DNA of 22,103 bases from the IMG/VR virus record IMGVR_UViG_2911013136_000002; one strand, written 5' to 3'. Both the position numbers and the translations under genes were made by a program. This document shows, piece by piece, positions 1 to 8,215 of this stretch. The notes beneath the pieces are model-generated. The model was not told where the DNA came from and made no database searches. It saw nothing but the letters and a program-made list of their open reading frames with translations. Origin of the DNA: an uncultured virus (IMG/VR IMGVR_UViG_2911013136_000002). Its lineage: Duplodnaviria; Heunggongvirae; Uroviricota; Caudoviricetes. Every line of letters begins with the position of its first letter. Within the stretch, counting starts at the first letter, position 1.

Positions 1-29
1 ATAGAGTAGGCGGGAGGGGAGAGGATGAT

Positions 30-251
30 ATGAGTAGATCATATTTGTTAAGCAAAATTAGAGAAGCCAGTTCAGATGAGGGAATTTTTGAGTTGGAATT
101 TAAAACAAGAAACAATTATGAAACACAAGACATTATACAAACTGCAAAATGGTTAGAAAGCGAAATGTATATTCGATTAAAGGAATATAAAGCACAAAAG
201 GCGGACGATGGTGAATTAGTATTTCTTTCGGGGAAAATTTTAGAATTGTAA
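30..251 (+). CDS. Hypothetical 73-aa accessory protein
   Basis: ORF track; purine-rich RBS (GGGAGGGGAGAGG) upstream; no recognisable motif. Confidence 0.7.
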   Translation: MSRSYLLSKIREASSDEGIFELEFKTRNNYETQDIIQTAKWLESEMYIRLKEYKAQKADDGELVFLSGKILEL

Positions 252-296
252 TGGCATCTTTTTGCCGATATGAGCAAGCGGAAGGAGAGGGGATAG

Positions 297-470
297 ATGA
301 GTTATCAAAACCAATTGGAAAAAGCTATTGAAAGAATGAGCGAAGGAGAAATGAGACAAACTTTATATGATATTTGTCTAATAATTAACAGAGGAAACGA
401 AGGGGAAAAGGCAAATATGTTAGAAGATATTATCGAAACTGTGCGTGAACGAATTCTAAAAGATATGTAA
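297..470 (+). CDS. Hypothetical 57-aa helical protein (not in ORF track): MSYQNQLEKAIERMSEGEMRQTLYDICLIINRGNEGEKANMLEDIIETVRERILKDM
   Basis: Hand translation from ATG 297 to TAA 468-470; strong RBS AAGGAGAGGGG; followed by a terminator hairpin. Confidence 0.75.
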   Translation: MSYQNQLEKAIERMSEGEMRQTLYDICLIINRGNEGEKANMLEDIIETVRERILKDM

Positions 471-473
471 ATT

Positions 474-506
474 AGAGCATCCGAATAATCGGGTGCTTTT
501 TTATTT
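474..506 (+). terminator. Intrinsic terminator
   Basis: AGAGCATCCGA-ATAA-TCGGGTGCTTT hairpin followed by TTTATTT, directly after the 297-470 stop. Confidence 0.8.
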
Positions 507-518
507 GGAGGGAAAACA

Positions 519-809
519 ATGATTCCAAGCAAAGTCAAAATGGCCGGCGTGACGTATGAAGTGAGGGGAGAAGAAGGACTTGCAAGCGATCATGAATTAT
601 TTGGATAAGTACTATATCGAAGTGGAATAATTCGTTTAGAAAAGACGCTAAGCAAGGACAGAAAAGAACAAGTATTTATTCATGAACTCCTACACGCTAT
701 CTTTTATGAAGCTGGATATGAGGAACATGATGAAGAAGTGGTGCGGAGAGTAGCCAATGTGTTGTATCAAGTGTTAAAGGACAATCAGTTGAATTTTGAT
801 GAAATCTAG
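519..809 (+). pseudogene. HEXXH (ImmA/IrrE-like) phage metallopeptidase-family gene interrupted by in-frame TAA at 606-608
   Basis: RBS GGAGGG, ATG 519; reads MIPSKVKMAGVTYEVRGEEGLASDHELFG*VLYRSGIIRLEKTLSKDRKEQVFIHELLHAIFYEAGYEEHDEEVVRRVANVLYQVLKDNQLNFDEI* in one frame; the HELLH motif is downstream of the stop. Confidence 0.75.
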
Positions 810-845
810 CAGGGGAATTTCACCTTTTGTCGAATTGATTTTCGA
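809..845 (+). promoter_or_regulatory. Sigma-H-like promoter overlapping a Spo0A (0A) box
   Basis: GCAGGG(809-814)-17 nt-GAAT(832-835) versus sigma-H consensus AGGA-N17/18-GAAT; TGTCGAA at 828-834 is the 0A-box consensus; TCGAA/TTCGA inverted repeat at 830-845. Confidence 0.45.
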
Positions 846-862
846 TGAAAGGTGGGGTTTGG

Positions 863-1363
863 ATGGATGATAATTTTAAAAAAATATCACAATCACAAGA
901 ACGTATTAAAGAAATGTTTAAGGATTTAAACTTGAGCGAACGATTAAAATTTACTTACCCGGAATCACTAAATTATCGAATCAGCGATCAATTTAATGCA
1001 ACGGTAAATCATATGAAGGAGATACAACAACAGATCGCAGAACAAAAGGCGCGTGAAAAACAAGAAGAACTCGAGTACAGAAAAGCTGTATTAAACGCCT
1101 TACAAGGAATAGAAAAAAATACGGCGTTTCTTTCAGAAGTTACGCTTTTATTACAAAAGAATATTGAAAAGCAAGATGAACTATTTCAATTGCTCGTAGA
1201 AATAATGGAAATAATGAAGTCAAGGACAAATGAAGAAGCAGAAAGTAAATATAGAAAAGTCATGAGGAAAATTGGTGAATTTGCAGGGGATATCGGGACC
1301 ATTCAAACTTTATATGGAATAGGGCAAGCTGTGTTTAATGCATTTCAATCTTTGCAAAAATAG
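863..1363 (+). CDS. Hypothetical coiled-coil accessory (moron) protein, about 166 aa
   Basis: ORF 845..1363; start moved to ATG 863 because AAAGGTGGGG (RBS) lies just upstream; AT-rich; has its own terminator. Confidence 0.8.
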   Translation: MDDNFKKISQSQERIKEMFKDLNLSERLKFTYPESLNYRISDQFNATVNHMKEIQQQIAEQKAREKQEELEYRKAVLNALQGIEKNTAFLSEVTLLLQKNIEKQDELFQLLVEIMEIMKSRTNEEAESKYRKVMRKIGEFAGDIGTIQTLYGIGQAVFNAFQSLQK

Positions 1364-1388
1364 CATCCTTCGGGGTGCTTTTTTATTT
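1362..1388 (+). terminator. Intrinsic terminator
   Basis: AGCATCC-TTCG-GGGTGCT hairpin (UUCG tetraloop) followed by TTTTTATTT. Confidence 0.85.
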
Positions 1389-1400
1389 GGAGTTGATTGT

Positions 1401-1712
1401 ATGAAAACAGAAGAGATTGTCCATCTAATCAGAACCAATAATCTCATGAAATTTTACAAATCTAAAGAGTGGAAGGAACTACGATTGCAAGCGTTAGAGC
1501 GTGATCATTACGAATGTCAGTCTTGTAAACGGAAGGGTAAATATAGTCGAGCTCAAAATGTTCATCATAAAAAAGAGGTAAAGACGCATCCAGAGCTTGC
1601 TTTAAATCTTGATAACGTTGAATCCATTTGTATTAGATGTCATAACGAAGAACACAAAAGGTTAGATAAATACATCAAGAAGAAAAAGTTTGTGAATGAG
1701 GAACGATGGTAA
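1401..1712 (+). CDS. HNH endonuclease, terminase-associated (HK97 gp74-like)
   Basis: FY..KEW..LR..ALERD.YECQSC...VHH...LDN..SICIRCHNEEH motifs; position just before terS; GGAG RBS before ATG 1401. Confidence 0.9.
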   Translation: MKTEEIVHLIRTNNLMKFYKSKEWKELRLQALERDHYECQSCKRKGKYSRAQNVHHKKEVKTHPELALNLDNVESICIRCHNEEHKRLDKYIKKKKFVNEERW

Positions 1713-1718
1713 ATGCAA

Positions 1719-1826
1719 ATACCCCCCGGTCAAAAAATTTCGCCCTTTTTGGGGGAGTTGTTCAACGGGAGGGGGCCAAGAGGAAAAAAATTTTTTGCGA
1801 AATCTCACGCGAGGGGAGGGGGGTAT
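1719..1826. other. Candidate cos region (possible cohesive end near CGGGAGGGGG, 1766-1775)
   Basis: Non-coding GC-rich tract between HNH and terS, the usual cos location in HNH/ClpP/HK97-type phages; flanked by nested inverted repeats. Confidence 0.6.
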
Positions 1827-1827
1827 G

Positions 1828-2178
1828 ATGGCCAAATTAAGCAGGAAAAAACAGGATGAACTCATCCAAAGAGAAGTTGACCGCCTCAATGCAGTGTTCG
1901 ATGAGCTGCCGGATCGCGAAAAAGAGGTGGCAAAAGGGCTAATTGAAAGGGTCGCTTTCATGACGATCCAGCTGGAGATTTTGGAAGATGAGATCAAATC
2001 AAAAGGCCCGACGTATACTTTCCAAAACGGCAAGCAAAAAATGCTCGTCGAGAACCCTGCTCAAAAGTCATACAACACCATGATGAATCGATATACGGCA
2101 GCCTACAAAGAGCTTTTCAATTTGCTCAAAAAAATAGACAACAGTGATGGCGATGACGATGAGTTCGAAGACGTATAA
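1828..2178 (+). CDS. terS: Terminase small subunit (P27-like)
   Basis: Start at ATG 1825 or 1828 after GGGGAGGGGGG; LIERVAFM..L..LE..IK..G..Y...NG.Q....ENPA.K.YN motif; precedes terL. Confidence 0.85.
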   Translation: MAKLSRKKQDELIQREVDRLNAVFDELPDREKEVAKGLIERVAFMTIQLEILEDEIKSKGPTYTFQNGKQKMLVENPAQKSYNTMMNRYTAAYKELFNLLKKIDNSDGDDDEFEDV

Positions 2179-3820
2179 ATATCATCCGTATATCGATGAA
2201 TATATGCGGATGGTCGAGCAGGGAGAGATTGAGGCGTGTAAAGAACAAAAGCAGCTGATGGAATTCTTGCGTTGGAAGCTCGATCAACCAAATGTAGTGA
2301 TTGACCATGAAGCGATTGAAAAGTCAGTAGAGATTCCAGCGAAATATTTTCCGTTCAAGCTTTTCCCGTGGCAAAAGTTTATCAACGCTTTTATATACGG
2401 TGTGCGATATGACGACGGACGATTAATGTTCGATCGCTTTTTTATTTTGCTCGGGCGTGGTGCTGGGAAAAACGGATATGTCGCATGGAATTCTTTTTAT
2501 ATGACAACCGGCCATCACGGGATAAAAAATTACGACATCGATATTGTTGCTACATCAGAAGACCAGGCTAAAACGTCTTTCATGGATGTTTATAATGTCC
2601 TGGAAGACAATTGGCCGAAAGTGAAGAAGGCATTTTACAAATCGAAGACACTTATTCAACATCGAGGAACTAGATCAAAGCTGGAATATAACACGTCAAA
2701 CGCCAGGACAAAAGACGGCAAGCGAAGCGGAACCGTTATTTTTGATGAGGTACATGAATACGAAAGCTACGACAATATAAAAGTTTTTACTTCCGGTTTA
2801 GGAAAGAAACAGGATCCACGGACATTCTATATTACAACGGATGGGTATGTAAGAGGCGGTGTTTTGGATGACCTAAAAGAAGAAGCGCAAATGGTATTAA
2901 ATAAAGAGATGCCTAACTCAACTTTATTCCCATTCATTTGCAAGTTAGATAAAGAGGAAGAAGTTGAAGATGAATCAAAGTGGGAAAAAGCGAATCCTTC
3001 ATACCGGTACAATAAACATCTGCAGCATGAAATGAGAAAAGAATATGAGCTTGGCAAAATTAATGCAGCTATTCGAATTGAATTCATGACAAAGCGGATG
3101 AACATGCCGGTTGACGATACGCGAAAAGAGGTTGCGACATATGAAGATCGATTGGCAACCAATCAACCGTTCCCGGAAAATTTAAAAGGCATGGAAGCAA
3201 TCGGTGCGGTAGACTTTGCACAAATTAGAGACTTTTGCGCGGTTGGTGTACTCTTCAAACATAACGGCAAGCGGTATTGGAAACAACATACATTCATGCA
3301 CCATACAGCCCCGAAGCTGCAGGATATCAATCAAGAAATTATCAACCTAGCAATCGAAAAAGGATTACTCACCGTTGTTTACGACGAATCCATTAGTGCC
3401 CAGCATGTCGTGAATTGGTTTGTAGAGATGGGCAAAACGTTCTATATCAAAAAAGTGGCGATGGACTTGTATCGCTCGTCGATTTTGAAAGAGGCTTTCG
3501 AAAACGCTGGCTTTGAAGTTGAGATTGTAAGAAGAGGGCCAGCGACGCATTCGATGCTTGCTCCTTTGGTGGATGAAATGTTCGTGAAGCATACCATCGT
3601 GTTTGGTGATGATCCACTTATGCGCTGGTATGTCGGTAATGTGTACAAAGAAGAAAAAGCAAACGGAAATATTGAATACAAGAAAATCGATAAAGAGAAG
3701 CGGAAAACGGATGGTTTTTTCGCTTTTTTACATGCGTTGAATTTTGATTCTGAATTACAAGAATCAATTCCGATCACGAAAGAAAACATCAGTAGAATCT
3801 TCCGGTCGTTTAGCACCTGA
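2144..3820 (+). CDS. terL: Terminase large subunit
   Basis: Walker A GRGAGKN, Walker B VIFDEVH, ITT coupling motif, WEKANP, C-terminal nuclease KTDG; the exact start (2144-2159) is uncertain and overlaps terS. Confidence 0.95.
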   Translation: MMAMTMSSKTYKYHPYIDEYMRMVEQGEIEACKEQKQLMEFLRWKLDQPNVVIDHEAIEKSVEIPAKYFPFKLFPWQKFINAFIYGVRYDDGRLMFDRFFILLGRGAGKNGYVAWNSFYMTTGHHGIKNYDIDIVATSEDQAKTSFMDVYNVLEDNWPKVKKAFYKSKTLIQHRGTRSKLEYNTSNARTKDGKRSGTVIFDEVHEYESYDNIKVFTSGLGKKQDPRTFYITTDGYVRGGVLDDLKEEAQMVLNKEMPNSTLFPFICKLDKEEEVEDESKWEKANPSYRYNKHLQHEMRKEYELGKINAAIRIEFMTKRMNMPVDDTRKEVATYEDRLATNQPFPENLKGMEAIGAVDFAQIRDFCAVGVLFKHNGKRYWKQHTFMHHTAPKLQDINQEIINLAIEKGLLTVVYDESISAQHVVNWFVEMGKTFYIKKVAMDLYRSSILKEAFENAGFEVEIVRRGPATHSMLAPLVDEMFVKHTIVFGDDPLMRWYVGNVYKEEKANGNIEYKKIDKEKRKTDGFFAFLHALNFDSELQESIPITKENISRIFRSFST

Positions 3821-3834
3821 AAGGTGGTGAGACA

Positions 3835-4968
3835 GTGGGGTTTTTAGATTGGATTAGCGGGCTGTTCGGTTCCAAAAGTTCGATTACTTTGACGGAGTTT
3901 CAAACACTATCAACAACCGCATATTACAAAAGATTGGCTGTTGAGACATGCATTGATTTGATTGCCAACACGTTAACCAGGTGCGAGTTCCAGACATTTG
4001 AGAACGGCAAAGAAAAGCGCGGAGAAAATTATTATTTGTTGAATGTGCAGCCCAATCAGAATCAAAACGCATCAGAGTTTATACACAGCTTGGTCAATCA
4101 TTTAATTATGAAAAATGAATGCTTAGTGATTATGCAAAATGAGCAGCTTTATATCGCTGATGGTTGGGTAAAAAATGAATTTACATTGAAAGAAAATTAT
4201 TATACAGAGGTTCAGATAGGCGATTTAACTTTTCAAAAAGTCTTTCGTGAATCGGAAGTCTTATATTTTAAACTGAACGATCGGAACATTATGGAAGTAA
4301 TTAACGGGCTATATGACGATTACGGCAAATTGATTGCTTCGGCGATTGGATATTACAAACGGAAAAATAACAAGCGAATTTTGATTAAGGGTGATTTCCT
4401 ACGGCCACAAGATGAGGAGATACAAAAGCTGATCGACCAAATGTTTGAAAAACAATTGTCCGACTGGTTCAACGCGGACAAGCCTGGTGTCGGGTTTCAA
4501 CTCCAAAAGGGATATGAACTCGAGGATATGAGCGACAGCAAAAGCGGCGTAGCACAGAATAGTACAAGCCGTGATATTGCAGAGCTAGTTAACGACGTCA
4601 TTAACTATGTGGCCATGGCTTTTCATGTCCCTCGTGGACTCCTGAAAGGGGATGTGGCCGATATCGAAAAACAAATGGACGCGTTCCTTTTGTTTTGCAT
4701 CAAACCGATTGCGGAATTGATTCAAGATGAATTTAATCGAAAGATGTATACCAAGGAAGAATATCTCAAACGAACGTATCTGAAAGTGGATACGAATAAC
4801 TTGAAGGTTGTAGATATTACTCAATTAGCTACAGCTGCAGATAAGCTGTTTGCTATTGGTGGTCTATCTATTAATGACATCTTAACTATGCTAGGTAAGG
4901 AGCCGATCGACGAAGAATGGGCGAACAAACGATACGTAACCAAAAACTATCAAGAAGCTGATACTTGA
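3835..4968 (+). CDS. Portal protein (HK97 family)
   Basis: YLLNVQPNQNQNASEF, AMAFHVP, FCIKPIAELIQDEFNRK motifs; follows terL; GTG start after AAAGGTGGTGA. Confidence 0.95.
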   Translation: MGFLDWISGLFGSKSSITLTEFQTLSTTAYYKRLAVETCIDLIANTLTRCEFQTFENGKEKRGENYYLLNVQPNQNQNASEFIHSLVNHLIMKNECLVIMQNEQLYIADGWVKNEFTLKENYYTEVQIGDLTFQKVFRESEVLYFKLNDRNIMEVINGLYDDYGKLIASAIGYYKRKNNKRILIKGDFLRPQDEEIQKLIDQMFEKQLSDWFNADKPGVGFQLQKGYELEDMSDSKSGVAQNSTSRDIAELVNDVINYVAMAFHVPRGLLKGDVADIEKQMDAFLLFCIKPIAELIQDEFNRKMYTKEEYLKRTYLKVDTNNLKVVDITQLATAADKLFAIGGLSINDILTMLGKEPIDEEWANKRYVTKNYQEADT

Positions 4969-4984
4969 AAGGAGGTGAGGGAGG

Positions 4985-5731
4985 ATGGTGAAAAAGATGG
5001 AACTGCCTAAAATCAACAAACGTTTTGAAGTGTTTAATAAAGCGGAGTCAAACGAAGCTGATATGTACCTTTATGGGTCTATTGGTTCCGGTTGGTTTGC
5101 CGATATTTCATCGAAGGATGTAAAAGCTAAGCTGGATAGCATCACAGCGAAGACGATTAATGTCCACATTAACAGCGGCGGTGGGGATGTGTTTGAATCT
5201 ATCGCTATTCATAATTTGTTAAAAAATCACAAAGCTACAATTAACATCCATATTGACGGCTATGCTGCAAGCGGCGCAAGTGTCATTGCGATGGCTGGTG
5301 ACAAAATCATTATGCCAAAGAATACGATGATGATGATTCACCGTGCTTGGACATTTGCATACGGCAATGCCGCGGAACTCAGAAAGATTGCGAATGACTT
5401 AGAGAAAATCGATACGGCCGTCACAGAAAGCTATACTTCCCGTTTCATTGGGGAGCGTTCCGAATTGGAAAGGTTGTTAGATGAGGAAACATGGCTTACC
5501 GCGGAAGAGTGTTTGGCGTTAGGTTTTGCTGATGAAATTGCCGATGAAATCAAAATGCCGGATGAAGAATCCAGCCAAGAAACATCAGCAAAAGATGAAA
5601 TTTTAAGTAAATATAAACGGCAAATTGCCGCGTTCACCGGAGAAGGAGAGACAACAAAGAAAGAACATAAAAATAATGCCAATCTTATCTATCAATTTTT
5701 AAGTTCTTTTGCACGGTCAGAGAACAACTGA
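4985..5731 (+). CDS. ClpP-type prohead maturation protease
   Basis: HINSGGGDVF, DGYAASGAS (catalytic Ser), MMIH (His), ETWLTAEE..GFADEI. Confidence 0.95.
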   Translation: MVKKMELPKINKRFEVFNKAESNEADMYLYGSIGSGWFADISSKDVKAKLDSITAKTINVHINSGGGDVFESIAIHNLLKNHKATINIHIDGYAASGASVIAMAGDKIIMPKNTMMMIHRAWTFAYGNAAELRKIANDLEKIDTAVTESYTSRFIGERSELERLLDEETWLTAEECLALGFADEIADEIKMPDEESSQETSAKDEILSKYKRQIAAFTGEGETTKKEHKNNANLIYQFLSSFARSENN

Positions 5732-5747
5732 CGGTGTTTTTTTATTT
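5711..5747 (+). terminator. Terminator-like hairpin between protease and capsid genes
   Basis: GCACGGTCAG-AGAACAA-CTGACGGTGT (one G-G mismatch) followed by a T-tract. Confidence 0.5.
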
Positions 5748-5770
5748 CAAAATTTTTGGGAGGTATCCAT

Positions 5771-6904
5771 ATGGGAATTGAAAACTTAGATCGCAAAGCA
5801 AAGAATGAAGCAGAAATGAAAGAAAATCTCTTGAAAGCACTAAACAGCGGCGATGAAAAAGAATTGGCAGAAGCTCTTACGAAGTTCGCTAATTCGATTC
5901 AGGAACGCATCATCGCAGAAGCGAAAAAGGCAGTAAATGAGGATTTAACCGATCAACAAGCTATGGCTGCCCGAGGGCTTAAGCCACTGACAAAAGAAGA
6001 AATGGCTTATTATAACGAAGTCATTCAAGGGCAAGGTTTTGACGGGGTGGAAAAACTTGTTCCATCAACTGTTATTGACCGTGTATTTGAAGATTTGGTC
6101 CGTGACCACGAATTATTGCAAAACATCGAATTCGTTAACACAACAGGGATCACGGAATGGATTTTGAAAAAAGGGGACATTCCGACAGCTTGGTGGGGCA
6201 AACTGACTGCGGAAATCAGAGAAATCCTCGACGAAGGGTTTGAAAAAGTTAGCACGGAACTATTCAAACTTTCCGCGTTCATTCCGGTTGCAAAAGCCAT
6301 GTTGGATTTAGGGCCAGTTTGGCTGGATAGATATGTGCGTACTGTTCTAACTGAAGCTATGGCGATCGGTTTGGAAGATGCGGTCATTCGAGGAACTGGC
6401 AAAGAACAGCCGATTGGAATGATGAAAGACCTTGCTGGGGCAGTTGTCGATGGTGTATATCCAGACAAGACAGCAATTGCTTTAACAGATTTAAAACCGA
6501 AAACATTAGGTAAAGAAGTTATGGCTCCATTAACAAAAGGTGGAAAACGTAAAGTAGATCAAGTGCTATTTGTGGTCAATCCTCTTGATTATTGGGAAAA
6601 AATCTTTCCTGAAACAACGATTCTCACTCAAAACGGCACTTACGTTTATGGAGTGCTGCCGATTCCAGCAAAAGTTATTCAATCGGTATCTGTTCCGCAA
6701 GGTAAGCTTATTGCTGGTTTAGGAAAAGACTATTTCTTGGGTGTAGGCTCTTCTCGGAAAATCGAATACAGCGATGAAGTGCGTATCATTGAAGACGAGC
6801 GTGTGTATGTCACAAAACAATATGCAAATGGTCGCCCGAAAGATAACGAATCGTTCTTAGTATTCGACATTACGAATCTCGGTGTGGAAACACCAACTCC
6901 ATAA
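5771..6904 (+). CDS. Major capsid protein (HK97 fold) with N-terminal coiled-coil scaffold (delta) domain
   Basis: Start ATG 5771 after GGAGGT; P.TVIDRVFEDL...H.LL, KLSAFIPV...MLDLGP.W, GTGKEQPIG motifs; position after protease. Confidence 0.95.
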   Translation: MGIENLDRKAKNEAEMKENLLKALNSGDEKELAEALTKFANSIQERIIAEAKKAVNEDLTDQQAMAARGLKPLTKEEMAYYNEVIQGQGFDGVEKLVPSTVIDRVFEDLVRDHELLQNIEFVNTTGITEWILKKGDIPTAWWGKLTAEIREILDEGFEKVSTELFKLSAFIPVAKAMLDLGPVWLDRYVRTVLTEAMAIGLEDAVIRGTGKEQPIGMMKDLAGAVVDGVYPDKTAIALTDLKPKTLGKEVMAPLTKGGKRKVDQVLFVVNPLDYWEKIFPETTILTQNGTYVYGVLPIPAKVIQSVSVPQGKLIAGLGKDYFLGVGSSRKIEYSDEVRIIEDERVYVTKQYANGRPKDNESFLVFDITNLGVETPTP

Positions 6905-6922
6905 TGAAAGGAGTGAAATAAC

Positions 6923-7171
6923 ATGAAATATCCCGTTTTAAATGACTTCATTGAAAAATATCACAAAAACACGTTGTATAAAAAAGGTGAGATATACCCA
7001 AAAGAAGGATTTGACGCGGATCCGGAAAGGGTAAAATATCTTCAAAGTGAGAAAAACAAATATAAAATCCCTTTTCTTGGTCCTGCTGTAGAAGAAGAAA
7101 AGCAAGTAGAAGGACCGGCTGATGAGAAGAAAAGTAACAAAACACGAAAGAATCCACCTGCTAAAAAGTAG
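6923..7171 (+). CDS. Small Lys/Glu-rich protein following capsid gene (head-associated, function unknown)
   Basis: RBS AAGGAG; Y.V..DF......LY.KG..YP pattern seen in genes at this position. Confidence 0.7.
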   Translation: MKYPVLNDFIEKYHKNTLYKKGEIYPKEGFDADPERVKYLQSEKNKYKIPFLGPAVEEEKQVEGPADEKKSNKTRKNPPAKK

Positions 7172-7181
7172 GTGATTTTTT

Positions 7182-7508
7182 ATGAGCGAACAAGTGCTTC
7201 AGCAATTGCTTTCTGATTTGAAAGAGCGGCTGCGTATCACGTGGAATGAAGAGGACGAGTATTTAAAAAAGTTGATCCAGCGATCAGAGACGTATTTGTC
7301 CGAATTGACAAATGCGTCTTTTGATTTTTCAAAAGAAGAATGGCCGAAAGATATTTTGTTAGAGCGGTGCCGTTATGTTTATAACAACGCAACCGATGAA
7401 TTTGAAAAGAACTTTCAACATGAATTGTCACGATTAATACTCCATGTGGCCATAGGGAAAGTAGGTGTCATCCGTGGCGGTGAAACCGTATCGGGAGACG
7501 TTCAATGA
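7182..7508 (+). CDS. Head-tail connector (HK97 gp6/SPP1 gp15-like)
   Basis: LK..LRITW.EED..L..LI...LLERCRY.YN....FE.NF motif; synteny. Confidence 0.8.
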   Translation: MSEQVLQQLLSDLKERLRITWNEEDEYLKKLIQRSETYLSELTNASFDFSKEEWPKDILLERCRYVYNNATDEFEKNFQHELSRLILHVAIGKVGVIRGGETVSGDVQ

Positions 7509-7824
7509 TGGTTTTCTTTCTTATGGACATAAACAAACGCAGCGTTCAACAACCGGCAAACGTATTGGAGAAAAGTTTACAGAAAAAGGAAAACTGGCAT
7601 TCAAAGAAATGTCATGCCGCGATCAAGATTATCACATGGCCGGCATTATGGGGGCTAGTTTGGATCGGAAAGTCAAAACTTTATACCCGCCTTCTTTCCG
7701 AACCATCAACAAAAATAAGTTAAAAGTTGTGATAAGCAATATTGAGTATGATGTCATCACAGTCGATTCAGACGGAATGTACCTCTATTTTTACCTGCAG
7801 GAAGTAGGTGCGATCAATGAATGA
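7474..7824 (+). CDS. Head closure / head-tail adaptor
   Basis: ETFNDG N-terminal motif; probable GTG start 7474 after AGGTG; synteny. Confidence 0.7.
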   Translation: MAVKPYRETFNDGFLSYGHKQTQRSTTGKRIGEKFTEKGKLAFKEMSCRDQDYHMAGIMGASLDRKVKTLYPPSFRTINKNKLKVVISNIEYDVITVDSDGMYLYFYLQEVGAINE

Positions 7825-8215
7825 AAAAACCAAAAGGTTTATGCGTGAGCAAATCGATGAATTAGTCAACGGTTTAAAAAATCATTTTGGCCTTCCGGTT
7901 TATGAGGATGAAATCGCTGAGGATGAAGAAGCAGCATTGTCAGAGTACAACTGTTTTGTTTTTGAAACCGGTGAATTCCGCACGACGAACGATATTAAAA
8001 AAGTCACACAAGATATTTATGTCTATTACTATTCGGAAAATCGCGATGATGTCGATGAACAAACGATTGATATTATTTCCGTCGTGTCATCAATAAAAGG
8101 TGTTAATTTCGTCAACACCATTAAGGAGCGCCTACAGGAAAAAGACACTGATCGATACGTTGATCGGGTGACACTTGTTTTTAGGCGGGTGATCCCAATT
8201 GAGTGTCAAGTTTGA
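7817..8215 (+). CDS. Putative tail completion/terminator protein
   Basis: Acidic protein of about 132 aa with an alpha/beta pattern; neck region; ATG 7817 after AGGTG; assignment by size and synteny. Confidence 0.55.
   Translation: MNEKTKRFMREQIDELVNGLKNHFGLPVYEDEIAEDEEAALSEYNCFVFETGEFRTTNDIKKVTQDIYVYYYSENRDDVDEQTIDIISVVSSIKGVNFVNTIKERLQEKDTDRYVDRVTLVFRRVIPIECQV

Larger units (their letters stand above)
491..1392 (+). repeat. Identical 20-nt direct repeat GGGTGCTTTTTTATTTGGAG at 491-510 and 1373-1392, each preceded by AGCATCC
   Basis: Direct reading of both sites; each copy is the 3' arm of a terminator, a U-tract and the RBS of the next gene. Confidence 0.85.

Noticed and set aside
1401..1712. 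HNH as a mobile homing endonuclease, or an intron/intein in the packaging genes
   Set aside because: Its size and position fit the terminase-associated HNH. TerL, portal and capsid are of normal length and uninterrupted.
1338..1824. ORF-track N-terminal extensions of HNH (1338) and TerS (1696)
   Set aside because: They run through a terminator or the cos region and lack an RBS. Better starts are at 1401 and 1825/1828.
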